From: Camelus ferus
Lineage: Eukaryota
Direction: 5' to 3'
Assembly (NCBI RefSeq): GCF_009834535.1
Contig: NC_045697.1
Location: 40,674,001 to 40,738,000 of the forward strand
DNA: 64,000 nucleotides
Shown: in pieces, positions 50,441 through 62,530 of the stretch
Layout: each line of letters begins with the position of its first letter
How positions within the stretch are numbered: position 1 is the first letter of the stretch
Made by a program: the position numbers and the translations under genes
The notes under the pieces: model-generated
What the model was told of the DNA's origin: nothing
Database searches by the model: none
The model's input: only the letters and a program-made list of their open reading frames with translations

Positions 50441-52190
50441 ACATTGTAAATATAACCACATTAGTTTTGATCACTGTTCTCACCTTGCCCCCCTTAAAAA
50501 TACAAATGTTCCTAGGAGCTGCAATAAATTGAGTTTCCTAAGCCCTTAGTCAAGGTGAATTTCTACAAGTACTTTGTCTCTAGTAAGGGAGGATTTTGAG
50601 ACCATAAAAGAGAAGTTGGTCTTGAAAGGAAAAAGGCAGAAAGGTGAGGACAAGGGCCCTAAAATTAAGACACCTGCTTCACAAATTTGCCTCAATTCTA
50701 GCATACATTCTGCTGCAGGTTAACAAAATATACTAAGCTTGATAATTTGAAGCCAACTTATTACTGGAATGGAATTAGTCAAAAATATAGTTATTCGAGG
50801 GAGCTAACATATTCCCTTTTAAGCTCAGCCTCATCTGAAGCTACTGACTCAGAAACTCTAAATCAGCTGTGTCGTCTCTGGAACCGTAGCCGCTCCCTGG
50901 CAGCGGAGTCCTTAATTATGTTAGAACATAGTTACTTAACAAGTACACAATACTATATGAAAGTAAATTCTGTGATGCAGTTGAGACTCTGGGCTCAGTT
51001 TTCCTAAATAGGAAATTGGGCCCAATAAAAATCTTCTTGGTAAGCATTCAGGTTTAGCGTTTGCCCAGAGTACAGGTCTCCTAGTGCGGAAGGCAAAGCG
51101 AATGAGAAGAGTAAGGCTAATGTGACGTTGGGTAGCGTGGGTTCCTGGGGGTGATCCCAGGGGCTGACACAGGCAATGCTGACGATTTGGGGTTGGTCTC
51201 ACCAATCAGACTACCTGATTCTGAATTTCCTTGGCAAATGCTAAAATGTCCATATAGGGATGTCAGGGTTGGCTCAGAGACTGGGTTGATAGAACCAGGT
51301 AGGCGAAATCAGGGAAGAAAGAGGCAGTACCCAGTAATTTAGAAAACTATTGATTTGTATTACTGTCTACTGACTTGCCAAGCAATGCCGCGGAAACCTC
51401 AGTCACATAACAATCTGCAGTAAATTACAGAATACCTCAGGGAAGGAGGTTGTAACAGTTACTACTTATTTAACTCCTCTACACAACCTTTTTACTCACT
51501 AGCCATTCCACCTGTGCCTAGACATTATAACTTTTAGTTTCAGTCCATTGACATTTTCATTTCCAGTCATCATCTTGCACTAAAGGTCATTCTACACTAG
51601 GCCTGTGGTTATGAATACTTCTCAAGAACCCATGTATACACAGTCTTCAGCATAAGCAAGGTCACACCTCTAGTTGTACTGTAATAATACTCCCTGTGCA
51701 TATCTTGAACTCTCATTAAACTGCAGCATAGGCAAGTCAGCCGTGAATCTCAAGTATTAAATGCCCTCAAAACAATTCAGCTTTATGGAATACCTCCACA
51801 AGAAAGCAAGTATGCTTACCTGTAAGATTCTCTTCTTGTATCCAATAAGCCCTGAGGAAAGATGTCAGATGCTTCCTTTCTGCCCTGTGATTAATCCTAC
51901 CCACTACTCTTCCTTACTTGGCTCCTCTTCTCCTCTGCTATCTCCTTCCTCGCCACCATTTTGATATTTTGAATGAGTGAGCCATGAAACACACCTACTG
52001 GATGTGAAAGTATGAGATTGTAATAACAAAACACCCACATGGCATGGGTAGCAGGGAGGCAGGTAGCATTTGTGCAGTGAATCCTGGAACTTTAAAAATC
52101 CTAATTGGTGAAAAGATAAGTTAACTTTCCTACTTTCGTTAATTTAAAAACAACAACAAAGAGAACCAAACATTTCCTTTTTGATCACAG

Positions 52191-52307
52191 ACTCTGGCCT
52201 GTATTGGAGACAGATGAAGTTGCAAGAAGCTTGATAGATGGAATACTTACCAATAAGAAAATGATTTTTGTTCCATCATACCTCAATATCTCTCTAACAC
52301 TGGAGAG
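52191..52307 (+). CDS. HSD17B13: HSD17B13 coding exon 6 (117 bp)
   Basis: tcacAG/GTaagt; (R)LWPVLETDEVARSLIDGILTNKKMIFVPSYLNISLTLE; P260 present. Confidence 0.96.
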
Positions 52308-52609
52308 GTAAGTACAGTAAAAAACAAACAAACAAAACACCTAAAATATGAAAACACCAATAGAGCTATCATTATGGAGATTCTTTCAGGTGTGAAAGTT
52401 GCCATGGGAACTCTCCATGCCTGGGGAGATCAGTTAAGTTTCCTCTCTATTGCCTTACCCAATCTATTAAAAGAGAATGATTCATTTTCTCTACTACGTC
52501 TACCATCTCCACCCAATCTTTGCCAGAGACTGTTCTAATTGAAGGAAAAACAGTTTAAAGAGAATGCAAAATAGTGAACTAACTAAAAATAAAGGGTTTA
52601 TAAATAAAC

Positions 52610-53550
52610 CTGCTAGTGTTTTGATTAAGACTTCATTAGATCTACGTACAGATCAATTGGGGGAAAATGGACACATTAACAATATTGAGTCTTCCATTCC
52701 AAGAACACAAAGAACACAATATATCTTTTCATTTTTTCACCTTTTTCAATATGTCTACACAGTATTTTGTAGTTTTCAGTGCACAAACCTCACACATTTT
52801 TGGTCAGGTTTATCTCAAAGTATTTTGGGTTTTTGATGCTATTGCAAATGGCATTTTTAAAAATTTCTATTTCCCATTGTTTGTTGCTAGTATATATTTG
52901 ATTTTGGCATTTTGTTCTACATTTAGCAACCTCGCCAAACTCACATCTAGTAGCTTTTTTGTAGATTCTAACAGATTTTTTAGATAGATGATCATATTGT
53001 CTGCAAATAGAGAAACTCCTACTTCTTTTTTCCAAACTGTGTGTTCTTTATTTCTTGCCTTATCACAGTGGCTAGAACTTCTCATGCAATGTTAGAGAAG
53101 ATTGGTTAAAGCACATGCGCAAGGGTTGTTCCTGATCTTAAAAGGAAAGTGTTCAGTCTTTCACAATTAAGTATGATATCTGCTGTAGGTTTTTCTCATA
53201 GAGGCTTTTTATCAGGTTGAGGAAGTTCACTTCTATTACTACTTTGATGAGAATATTTATCAAGAACAGATATGGATTTTGTCAAATGCTTTTACTGAAC
53301 AAGTTAAGAAGATCTTGTGGCCTTCCCATTTTAGTTTGTTAATATGGTGAATTATACTGATTCATTTAAAGATTAAATCAACCCTGCATTTTAATGTCTG
53401 TCTTATTTTTGTGTCAGGATACGTCTTAACCTTATAAACTGAGCTGGAAAGTATTCCTTTCTCTTCTCTTTTCTGGAATAACCTGTGTGAAATGAGTGTT
53501 ATTTCTTTCTTAAACATTTTATAGAATTCAACAGTGATACTGTGTGAGTC
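52610..53550 (-). mobile_element. Old L1 ORF2 fragment in HSD17B13 intron 6
   Basis: Peptide VSLFADNMIIYLKNLLESTKKLL in the minus-strand ORF; degenerate RT region. Confidence 0.85.
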
Positions 53551-54023
53551 TGGTGTTTAGTGTCTTAGCAAAGACAGTAAGCTCCTTAAAAGCAGTAGCT
53601 GTCTTTAAAGTATTTTAGGCTACCTTACTATAGAGGGCAGAATAGATATTCAGTAAAAACTCAAGGAGAGGTGGAGAGATGGATAGAATGCATTCTGGTG
53701 GTGTCACTCTGTAAACTCTTAGCATCAGGATTCACTGACAGTTTCAGCAGTGAGCCCAGACCTTCATTTTTAGGTCTTTACTCATGTAAGATTTCATCTA
53801 AGAGTTTACTTATATAAGATGAGACAGTGAGAAGAGTGATATATATCAGTGCTTTCTTTATATTTGCATAATATTTGACCTGTGAATATTAAAGACACAC
53901 ACATAAAGAGAGAGGTGGATGTGAAGGAAAGGAGGAAGAACAGAAGAAAATTAAATGCAAACCAGATAACTCTCAAGGTCATTTAACTGGCAACAAAAAA
54001 GTACTCTGGTGTCAAAGATTTTA

Positions 54024-54171
54024 TTTTTTTTATTGAAGTATAGTCAGTTAACAATGTTGTGTCAATTTCTGGTGTCCAGCATAATGTTTTAGTCATACAT
54101 ATACATATATATATATACATACACATATATATATATATATATTCCTTTTCATATTCTTTTTCATTATAGGT
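54024..54171 (-). mobile_element. Short L1 3' tail insertion near the HSD17B13 exon 7 acceptor
   Basis: Perfect 14-bp TSD TGTCAAAGATTTTA (54010-54023 and 54172-54185). Confidence 0.9.
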
Positions 54172-54219
54172 TGTCAAAGATTTTAAATTGAAAATTTTTC
54201 ATCTTCTGTTTTCATACAG

Positions 54220-54310
54220 ATTTCTTCCTGAACGTGCCTTGGCAGCTATAAATCGTGTACAGGATATTCAGTTTGAAGCAGTGGTTGGCCACAAAACCAA
54301 AATGAAATGA
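54220..54310 (+). CDS. HSD17B13: HSD17B13 last coding exon 7 (91 bp to stop); spliced ORF is 300 aa
   Basis: atacAG acceptor; (R)FLPERALAAINRVQDIQFEAVVGHKTKMK-TGA; exon lengths sum to 903 nt. Confidence 0.96.
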
Positions 54311-55310
54311 ATAAATGAGCTCCAGCTTGAGATGTATGCACCTTAATGATGTGGAACTAAGTTTAGAGTCAATGCTTCAAAGCTTTATTTCACATTTTTC
54401 AATGCTGTTAATATTAAAAACAGTAGTTTGGCGGTTGCAGCAATTGAATGAACAAGAATAATTACCTGTCACTCTATTTCTCAAGAATATTGATGTGGTT
54501 TTAATAGTCAGATCCATTTTTCATTCCATACCTCTTAAATATGTCCATGCTTACATAAACATACTTAGAAGGTCATTTTTCTGTAAGATATTGCATTTCT
54601 TTTCTTTTCATTTAAAGGTAGACAAAGCTACCTCCCTGAGAATAAATTTAAAAAGAACTTTATTTATATAAGGAGGGCTTAAGATTATTCTCAAAGTAGC
54701 CTTCCAATCTGTAAGCTGGCCACAGAATGTTGGCAGGTACCCAGCGTGAGCTGCAGGTTGGAGATCAAGTTTAAGTAGGCAACTGCGCTCCAAAAGACAG
54801 ATAACTTTTATGCAATTCAACATTTGGAAGCTTTCTCCCTTTTCATCAGCCCCAAACAGTGCGATGGTATTCTGGCCTGTCTCTCCTGATTCTGTCCCTT
54901 ATATATCTCTTATATGCACCAAGAGTGGGCCCTCCATGCTTGCCACCCTTTTCGTAATCTCTTAAAATACTATGACTTTACAAAAAGTGACTCTCTCTTG
55001 AATCTCAGAGTATCTGAAATTATAACCCCATGATAATTTCTTTCTTTATAGTTTATGCTTTCACATATCATTGCTACCAGAGATGTTTAGACAGTTTTGA
55101 GCTCCAAAAATGAAAGCTAGCACAGGGAGAGGACCTAGGCTGACTGCCTAACAGTGCACAATGGATCCGAGAGAGGGAGGGGAAAACAGAGTGGTCTTTT
55201 AATAGAAAGAAAAATCTGATACCCACTACATCAAGACTAATCTTGTTTTCTGTGTTTTTCACATTTATTATAGATTGCTTTTACACTGACTATCCTCCTG
55301 TTTTATCCTC

Positions 55311-55333
55311 ATTAAAAACAAATGATTAATAAA
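55311..55333 (+). terminator. Candidate distal HSD17B13 polyadenylation signals
   Basis: ATTAAA 55311-55316 and AATAAA 55328-55333; other AATAAA at 54310 and 54641. Confidence 0.4.
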
Positions 55334-56099
55334 AACAAAATTTTTAAAAACAAATGATAAATACGTTGCCTTGCATTTTTAAAAAAACCTCCTGAAACCT
55401 CTTGTAGCCATAAAATTAAGAGTTTTGATTTCTAATCTCTGAGTCTCTGTGAGTCTCCTTCATAAAGCAAGGATCTGGGTTGTCACAGCTAGATCTTGCA
55501 GATGTTGAGGAGAACCTGGGGTTCTCCCAACTCCAGCTAGTTTGACAGTTAGGAGTGCTGGTTTATGCAGTGAAACTGACTGAGTCCTTTCTGTGTGAGG
55601 CACTGAGCAGAGTGCTTTCATTTTAAGATTTTTTTCCTAGTTACTTTGGCAATAATTTCTGTTCATGTTATTCTTTTAATTGCTTGCTTTGAAACAAAGA
55701 ACTTTATGAGTGAAACCTCAAAATGTATTATTTTAAAAGTATGATTACAAAACTTCAAAAGAGAAATATGTAAAGTAAAAAATATAAACGCATCCCCCAC
55801 AATACCATTCCCTAGAGATCAGTCTATTAATGCATAATCATCTGTTCTTTTTCTAATGCACATGCTAGCATATATATGATGACTACCTTACATTCTTTTA
55901 GTGCATATGTTACATAAAAAGTTCCAAAACATGCATTATATTCTGTAACTTGCTTTTTTAACTTACCAGTGTATCCCAAACAGCCTTTTCTTTTAGTACA
56001 GAGTTTAACCTCATCCTTTTTCATGTGTACATAGTACTAGATGATACTATATTTAGCCATTCCCTTGTAAATAAAACATTTAGGATGTTTCCAATTGTT

Positions 56100-56570
56100 C
56101 TCAGTTTATTTGCTGATTTATCTACATAACAAATACCTATGGAGTGTCAGTCACAGTTCTAGGTGCAAGGGAAACATCATTGCAAAGAGCAAACTCCTTG
56201 TCTTACTGGAGCTCACATTCTAGTAGGTGGGATAAACAACAGACCACAAACATCATGAGAAAGAGTAGTAGTAGAGTCAAAGAAGAACCCTCTGAGAACT
56301 AACATCGTGGGGTAGAAATACACATGGAGTGAAGGCATGGCCCATGTGAATATCTAGGGAAAGGAAAGTGCAAATTCTGATGAAGGAACAAACTTCTCTG
56401 AAGACCTGTATGAGGGCCACTGAGGCCGGAGTGAACGAGCGAGTGGGCAGAGTTGTAGGTGACATGCTCAGAGAGATACCAGATTTTTGAACACCACATA
56501 GGCCACAGTAAATTTTGATTTTTCTGACTGTGAGAGGAAGGATGTGAGGAATTTGAGTTGGGAACTGACC
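56100..56570 (-). mobile_element. L2 fragment
   Basis: acaaatacctatggagt..ggagctcacattctagtagg..aggccacagtaaattttgatttttctga. Confidence 0.6.
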
Positions 56571-57097
56571 CAAATAAATAAAATCTCAATGTTAGGTGCA
56601 CAGAAAAAAACTCCTTTTTGAATTCAATTTTGGTTTCACTCCTTTGTGAGTGAAACTCAGAGAAATACCTGGAAACATAAATATTGAGCTCTCTTTGCCT
56701 TTTTTCCTGCATACTTGGAGTATGGATCTCTTCCTTGTAAGTTCCAGCTGAGTTTCTAAATGTTTTACTATAACCATCTCCACTTCATAATTCTCTCCAG
56801 GGGTCCTCACTCCCACCAAAATTCTAGTTCCAGGGCTACCTTTAGAGTGTGCAGGGCTCCGGGCAAATGTTTCTCATGGGTTCCTGCCTATATAAATAAG
56901 ACTTTTTCCTACAGGCCTTACGTACCTTTACTCATTTAGTTGTTACAACAATGCTGCGAGATAGATAGTACTATTGGTTACCATTTCAGATAATCAGCTG
57001 TAAAGTTTCAACATCTCATCCAAGGCCACATGGCTGGTGAGTGAATGGTGGAGCCATCAGTCCAGCTCCAGAGTCCATACTCTTAAACATCGTGTTA

Positions 57098-59110
57098 TCT
57101 TTTTTTCTTTTTTATTGAAGTATAGTCAATTTATAATGTTGTGTCCAATTCGGTGTATAGCATGTTTCAGTCATACCTATACATACACGTATTCCTTTTC
57201 ATATTCTTTTTCATTATAGGTTACTATAAGATATTGACTATATTTCCCTGTACTATACAGTAGAAACTTGTTGTTTATCTATTTTATATATAATAGTATC
57301 TGCAAATCTCGAACTCCCAATTTATCCCTTTCCACTCCTTTTCCTCCCTAGTAACCATAAGTTATTTATTTTCTATGTCTGTGAGCCTGTTTCTGTTTTG
57401 TAAATAAGTTCATTTGTGTCTTTTTTTTAAGATTCTACATATAAGCGATATCATATGGTATTTTTCTTTCTCTTTCTGGCTTACTCCACTTAGAATGAGG
57501 ATCTCCAGTTCCATCCATGTTGCTACAAATGGCATTATTTATTTTTTATGGCTGAAGAGTATTCCATTGTATATTTACCACATCTTATTTATCCGCTCAT
57601 TTGTTGATGGATATTTAGGCTGTTTCCATGTTTTGGCTATTGTATATAGTACTTCTATGAACATTGGGGTACATGTATCTTTTTTAATTAGAATTCCCTC
57701 CAGATATACGCCCAGGAGTGGGATTGCTGGATCATATAAGTCTATTTTTAGTTTTTTAAAGAATCTCTATACTGTTTTCCATAGTGGCTACACCAAACTA
57801 CATTCCCACCAGAAGTGTAGGAGGGCTCCCTTTTCTCCACAGCCTCTCCAGGCATTTATCATTTGTGGACTTTTTAATGATGGCCACTCTGGTGTGAGGT
57901 AATACCTCATTATAGTTTTGATTTGCGTCTCTCTGATAATTAGCGCTATTGAGCATTTTTTCATGTGTCTATTGGCCACCTGTATGTCTTCATTGGAGAA
58001 TTGCTTAATTAGGTCCTCTGCCCATTTTGGATTGGGTTGTTTGTTTTTTTGTTGTTATTGTTGTTCTTATTAAGTTGTAAGAGCTGTTTATATATTCTGA
58101 AAATAAAGCCCTTGTCAGTTACATCATTTGCAAATATTTTCTCCCATTCCATAGATTACCTTTTTGTTTTGTTTATAGTTTCTTTTGCTGTGCAAAAGCT
58201 TATAAGTTTAATTAGGTCCCATTTGTTTATTTTTACTTTTATTTCTATTGCCTGGGTAGACTGCCCTAGGAGGACATTGCTAAGATTTATGTCAGAAAAT
58301 GTTTTGTCTGTTTTCTTTCAAGATGTTTGTACTGTATTATCTTATATTTATTTTTGAGTTTATTTTTGTGTATGGTGTGAAAAAGTGTTCTAACTTCATA
58401 GATTTACATGCTGCTGCCCAGTTTTCCAACACCACTTGCTGAAGAGACTGTCTTTTCTCCACTGTAGATTTGTGCCTCTTTTGTTGACAATTCATTGACT
58501 GTGAGTGTTTGGGCTTATTTCTGGGCTCTCTTTTCTGTTCCATTTATCCATGTCTGTTTTTGTGCCAATAGCACACTGTTTTGATTACTGTAGCTCTGTA
58601 GGATTTTCTGAAGTTTAGGGGGGTTGCTCCTCCAGTTTCATTCTTCTTCTTCAACATTGCTTTGGCAATTCTGCATCTCTTGTAATTTCATATAAATTTT
58701 AGGATTATTTGTTCTAGTTCTGTATAAAATGTCCTGAGTGATTTGATAGAGATCACATTACATCTGTAGATTGCTTTGGGTAGTATGGCCATTTTAACAA
58801 CATTAATTCTTTCAATCCAAGAGCATGGGATAACTTTTCATTTCTTTAAACCATCTTTAATGTCCTTAATCAATGTTTTGTAGTTCTTTGCATATAAGTC
58901 TTTCACCTCCTTGGTCAGGTTTATTCGTAAGTATTATTTTGGATGTGATTTTAAAAGGGATTGTTTCTTTAGTTTCCTTTTCTGATATTTCATTGTTAGT
59001 GTAAAGAAATGCAACTGATTTCTGTATGTTAATCTTGTATCCTGCTACCTTTCCAAATTCTTTAATCAGCTCTAGTAGTTTTTGTGTGGAGCCTTTAGGG
59101 TTTTCCACAC
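57098..59110 (-). mobile_element. 5'-truncated L1 (about 2 kb), no TSD found
   Basis: T tail at 57098; ORF2 peptides ([35 protein letters not shown]). Confidence 0.92.
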
Positions 59111-59149
59111 ATAGGTGGCCTGGAAAAAAACAAACATTTCCTCACTTTT

Positions 59150-59480
59150 TGAACTGCATATGAAGAAGGGTGGCCAGGAGGAGCTGAGAACCCTTCAGCC
59201 CACAACCAGCAGGAAAATAGGAAACTAAGTCCTACAACTGCATATTAATCCTGCCTCAAACCAAAAACCAGTGAGTGTGGAAGAGGACCCTGAGCCCAGA
59301 TGAGATCACAGCCCTGGCTGACACTTTGATTTCAGTGCAGTGAGACTCTGAGTAGTGAAGCCAGGCCACCATATGTCTGTACTTCTGACCTACAGAACTG
59401 TGAGCTAATATATGGTTGTTTCTAAGCCATGGTATTTTAAATTTGTAGCATTTTGTTACACAGCAATAGAAAACTGACAC
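59150..59480 (+). mobile_element. MLT1D/E-like LTR, 3' part
   Basis: ggctgacactttgatttcag..acttctgacctacagaactgtgag..tttgttacacagcaatagaaaactgacaca. Confidence 0.8.
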
Positions 59481-62089
59481 AGGATGTCACAGTGACAGAG
59501 TCCATTTCCTTGACTAAATAAACATCATGTAACTTTCACTCCCACTTTCCAAAGTGTATTAAATGTTTAAGAAATTAAATAAAATTTTTTTCCTTTTGAA
59601 AACATTTTATAAAACAGTTGTTCCCTTTTCCTGTGAAAATGTTTTTATAAGTATTTTAAGATGTTTGGAGAAAATATTCATATCTCCACATATTTTTTTT
59701 TCTCAGTAAGAAAATGTTATGACACATTGACTGATCCTGAAGAGGCTGAAATCTAAAAGGTAAGATGCCAGGTGACAAAACAAAACGTTTTTGTTTTGTT
59801 TTTCACTTGACTCCACTATAAAATTTCCAGAATATATAAAACTATAAAGTTCTATAAAATTGTCTAAAACCACCTCCTTTCTTTGCAGGTGGGAAAGAGC
59901 AGGTGGAGTTCGAACAGGTAAGTCAGGCAGCACACCCCTTGGTAACTTTTGTTTCCCTGCTTGTACCTCACAGATGCTGTCTGAGAAAGGCAGTGGCCAG
60001 ATCATCTCTGGCCTTGTTACAATATATGTCTCACCACTGCTGAGCTCATTAATCTTGTCTTCTTTTCCCACCCCTCTCTTGGGGGCTTGCTGGGTATAAT
60101 TTTTCTGGGAATAAAGTAAAAATAAAAGTGTACTCATTTGAAACATTAATTTTGAGAGTCACCTGTTTCTATGTCAATAACATTAGAGATCAATCCAAAG
60201 GGATTTTATTCTTTCTCACCATGTTCATTGAACTCTGACTCCTAAAGGTAAGTCGTCTTTGTGCCCAACAACTTCATTCGCCCTAATGGAGACAGACTGC
60301 AGCTGACTTGGGCTGGGCTGGACAAGTTCCAGGCAGCATTCTGGCCATTATGCCTCAGGTCAAGGTGGCCTTTGCTGAATGTGGGAGAGGTACATTTTTG
60401 ACATAAATATGATTTGTAGAGAAGAGTAGGCAGTCCCCTCCCTGTCCTATCCCCATGGCCTCCACTTATCATCCCTAAGCCGTGGGAGCTATGCTCTCTG
60501 GTTCCTTTTCTTCTGGTGCTGGCAGCTGACCTTGAAGGCCATTAAAGCAGTGGATTTCAGAGAAATGGGTGGAATAGTCCATTTGACTTGTTTTGATTTG
60601 AGGGTCTCTAGGTTTTACTAGCTTTGGAAAAAGAAGCCTTCCCGTGGAGCCTTAGCCTACTGGTATTTGCACATTGGAGTTTTGAAGCAAAGCTTCAGCT
60701 GCTAATAAAATTTTCTTTGCCTATCTTGCCTTCTTTGATATGGTGGCTGAATGACTAAATTAAAGAAATTATAAATTATTATATAATAATTTTAAATAAC
60801 CCCTCACAAGTTATTATAATTCTATGCATTAATGAAACATTCTGTAATGGAGTTACATTTTATTTACTAAAGGAACAGAATTTAACTCTAATTTAATTTT
60901 AATTTAATTTATTATTTTACTAGTATAGCTAAAGAGAAAGTTTTGCTGGGTTAAGTAATTCAAAACAAAGATGATTCTCTTATTGAACTCGTTTTACTCA
61001 GCACTGCCTAAAGAAATGTTTTATGAAAGTATTAGGGTAGTTACTAAAAACAAACAAGTGAACAAACACAATGAACTTTAGTTCTCTGGAAATTACAGAA
61101 ACAAGTAAGTTTATATAAACTGTATCAATCTTAACATCTTTTTAACCAAGTTTCTTTTATTGGGGGAAGACAGAAATTATTGGTAGTAAAACAAATAAAA
61201 TCTGGCATTAGGTGGTTATTTTCCCTTGGTGAAGATGTGTGTAATTAATTTCAAAGTTGAATTCAATTATTAAAAATCCTTCAAAGTTTTCCTAAATGAG
61301 GAAATGACTGGCCACAAAAAGTTGTTTGAATTGAATATATAATCTAAAGCAGTGTTTCTCAACCCATTTAAGTCACAGTATCCTTTGAAGTCCTGATGAA
61401 TGGTTTGGCTTCCCTACAGGAAAAAAAAAAACCTGTACATAAAAACATAGTTTGGCATATGCAATGTGTAATAGCTATGTGTAACAGCTAGATATGCATC
61501 TATTTTGAAAGACTTGCTTGATAAACAAGGAAGGAGTCATTTTCCATCTAATTAAGTGTAAGTTCTTCTTACTGATCATAACTAGCTGGCATTGAAAATA
61601 TTTTGTTTAAAAATTCTGCAATATATTAATATTTATAATAATGTTTTGGAGTATATTAAAGCAATATTTAAAATATTTTAAGTATATACGCAAAATATTT
61701 TCAGTGGGTGGTAGGGTTTGAGATGATTTTTTAATTTTGTCTACTGTCACCTCTGTTGTCAAGGTCTTTCCAGGGTTTGTTTTTATAATTTGTTTTTCTT
61801 TTGGCAGTTAACATTTAAAATATAAAATTCTCATAAGAGAAATGCTCTTTTCATTCTGGATAAAGAATGTTGTGTGATTATAGATAATGTTAAGAAAATA
61901 TTATCCAGGAATTAGAAGCTTTTATTTATTTATTTTGGCTTATTATTATACAGATTTATAGAATATAGTTATAAATAGTACAATGACGCTCATATATCCA
62001 TTGTGCTGCCTCTGCATTTGTCAGCTCTTAGCTAGGTTGTTTGATCTTTATTTCTAACCACTTCCACCTCTTCTATTATTTTTAAAATT

Positions 62090-62530
62090 ATGATTTTGAA
62101 AACTACATAATATTAAATTTACCATCCTAACCACTTCTAAGTGTACAGTTCAATACTGTTAATTGCATTGACATTATTGTGGAACAGATTTCTGGAACTT
62201 TTTCATCCTGCAAAACTGAAACTCTTTATCTGTTGAACACTAATTTCCTCTTCCCTTCTGCCTTCAGCTCTTGGCAACCACCTCTCTACTTTCTGCTTCT
62301 ATAATTTTGACTATTTTAGATACTTCATAGGAATAGAATCATACAGTATTTGTCCTATTGACACTGACTCATTTCATTTAGCATAGTGTCCTTAAGTTTC
62401 ATCTGTATGGTAGTATATGACAGGCTATCCATCTTTTTAAATGCTGTATAATATTCCATTGTATGTATGTACCACATTTTATCTAGTCATCTGTCAATGA
62501 ACATTTCGATTGCTTCCACCTCTTTCTTCT
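62090..62530 (-). mobile_element. L1MA/MB-type 3' end
   Basis: aaatttaccatcctaaccacttctaagtgtacagttca..ggcaaccacctctctactttctg. Confidence 0.8.

Noticed and set aside
59703..60146. 147-aa minus-strand ORF
   Set aside because: No recognisable homology; the + strand splice signals are the more notable pattern here.
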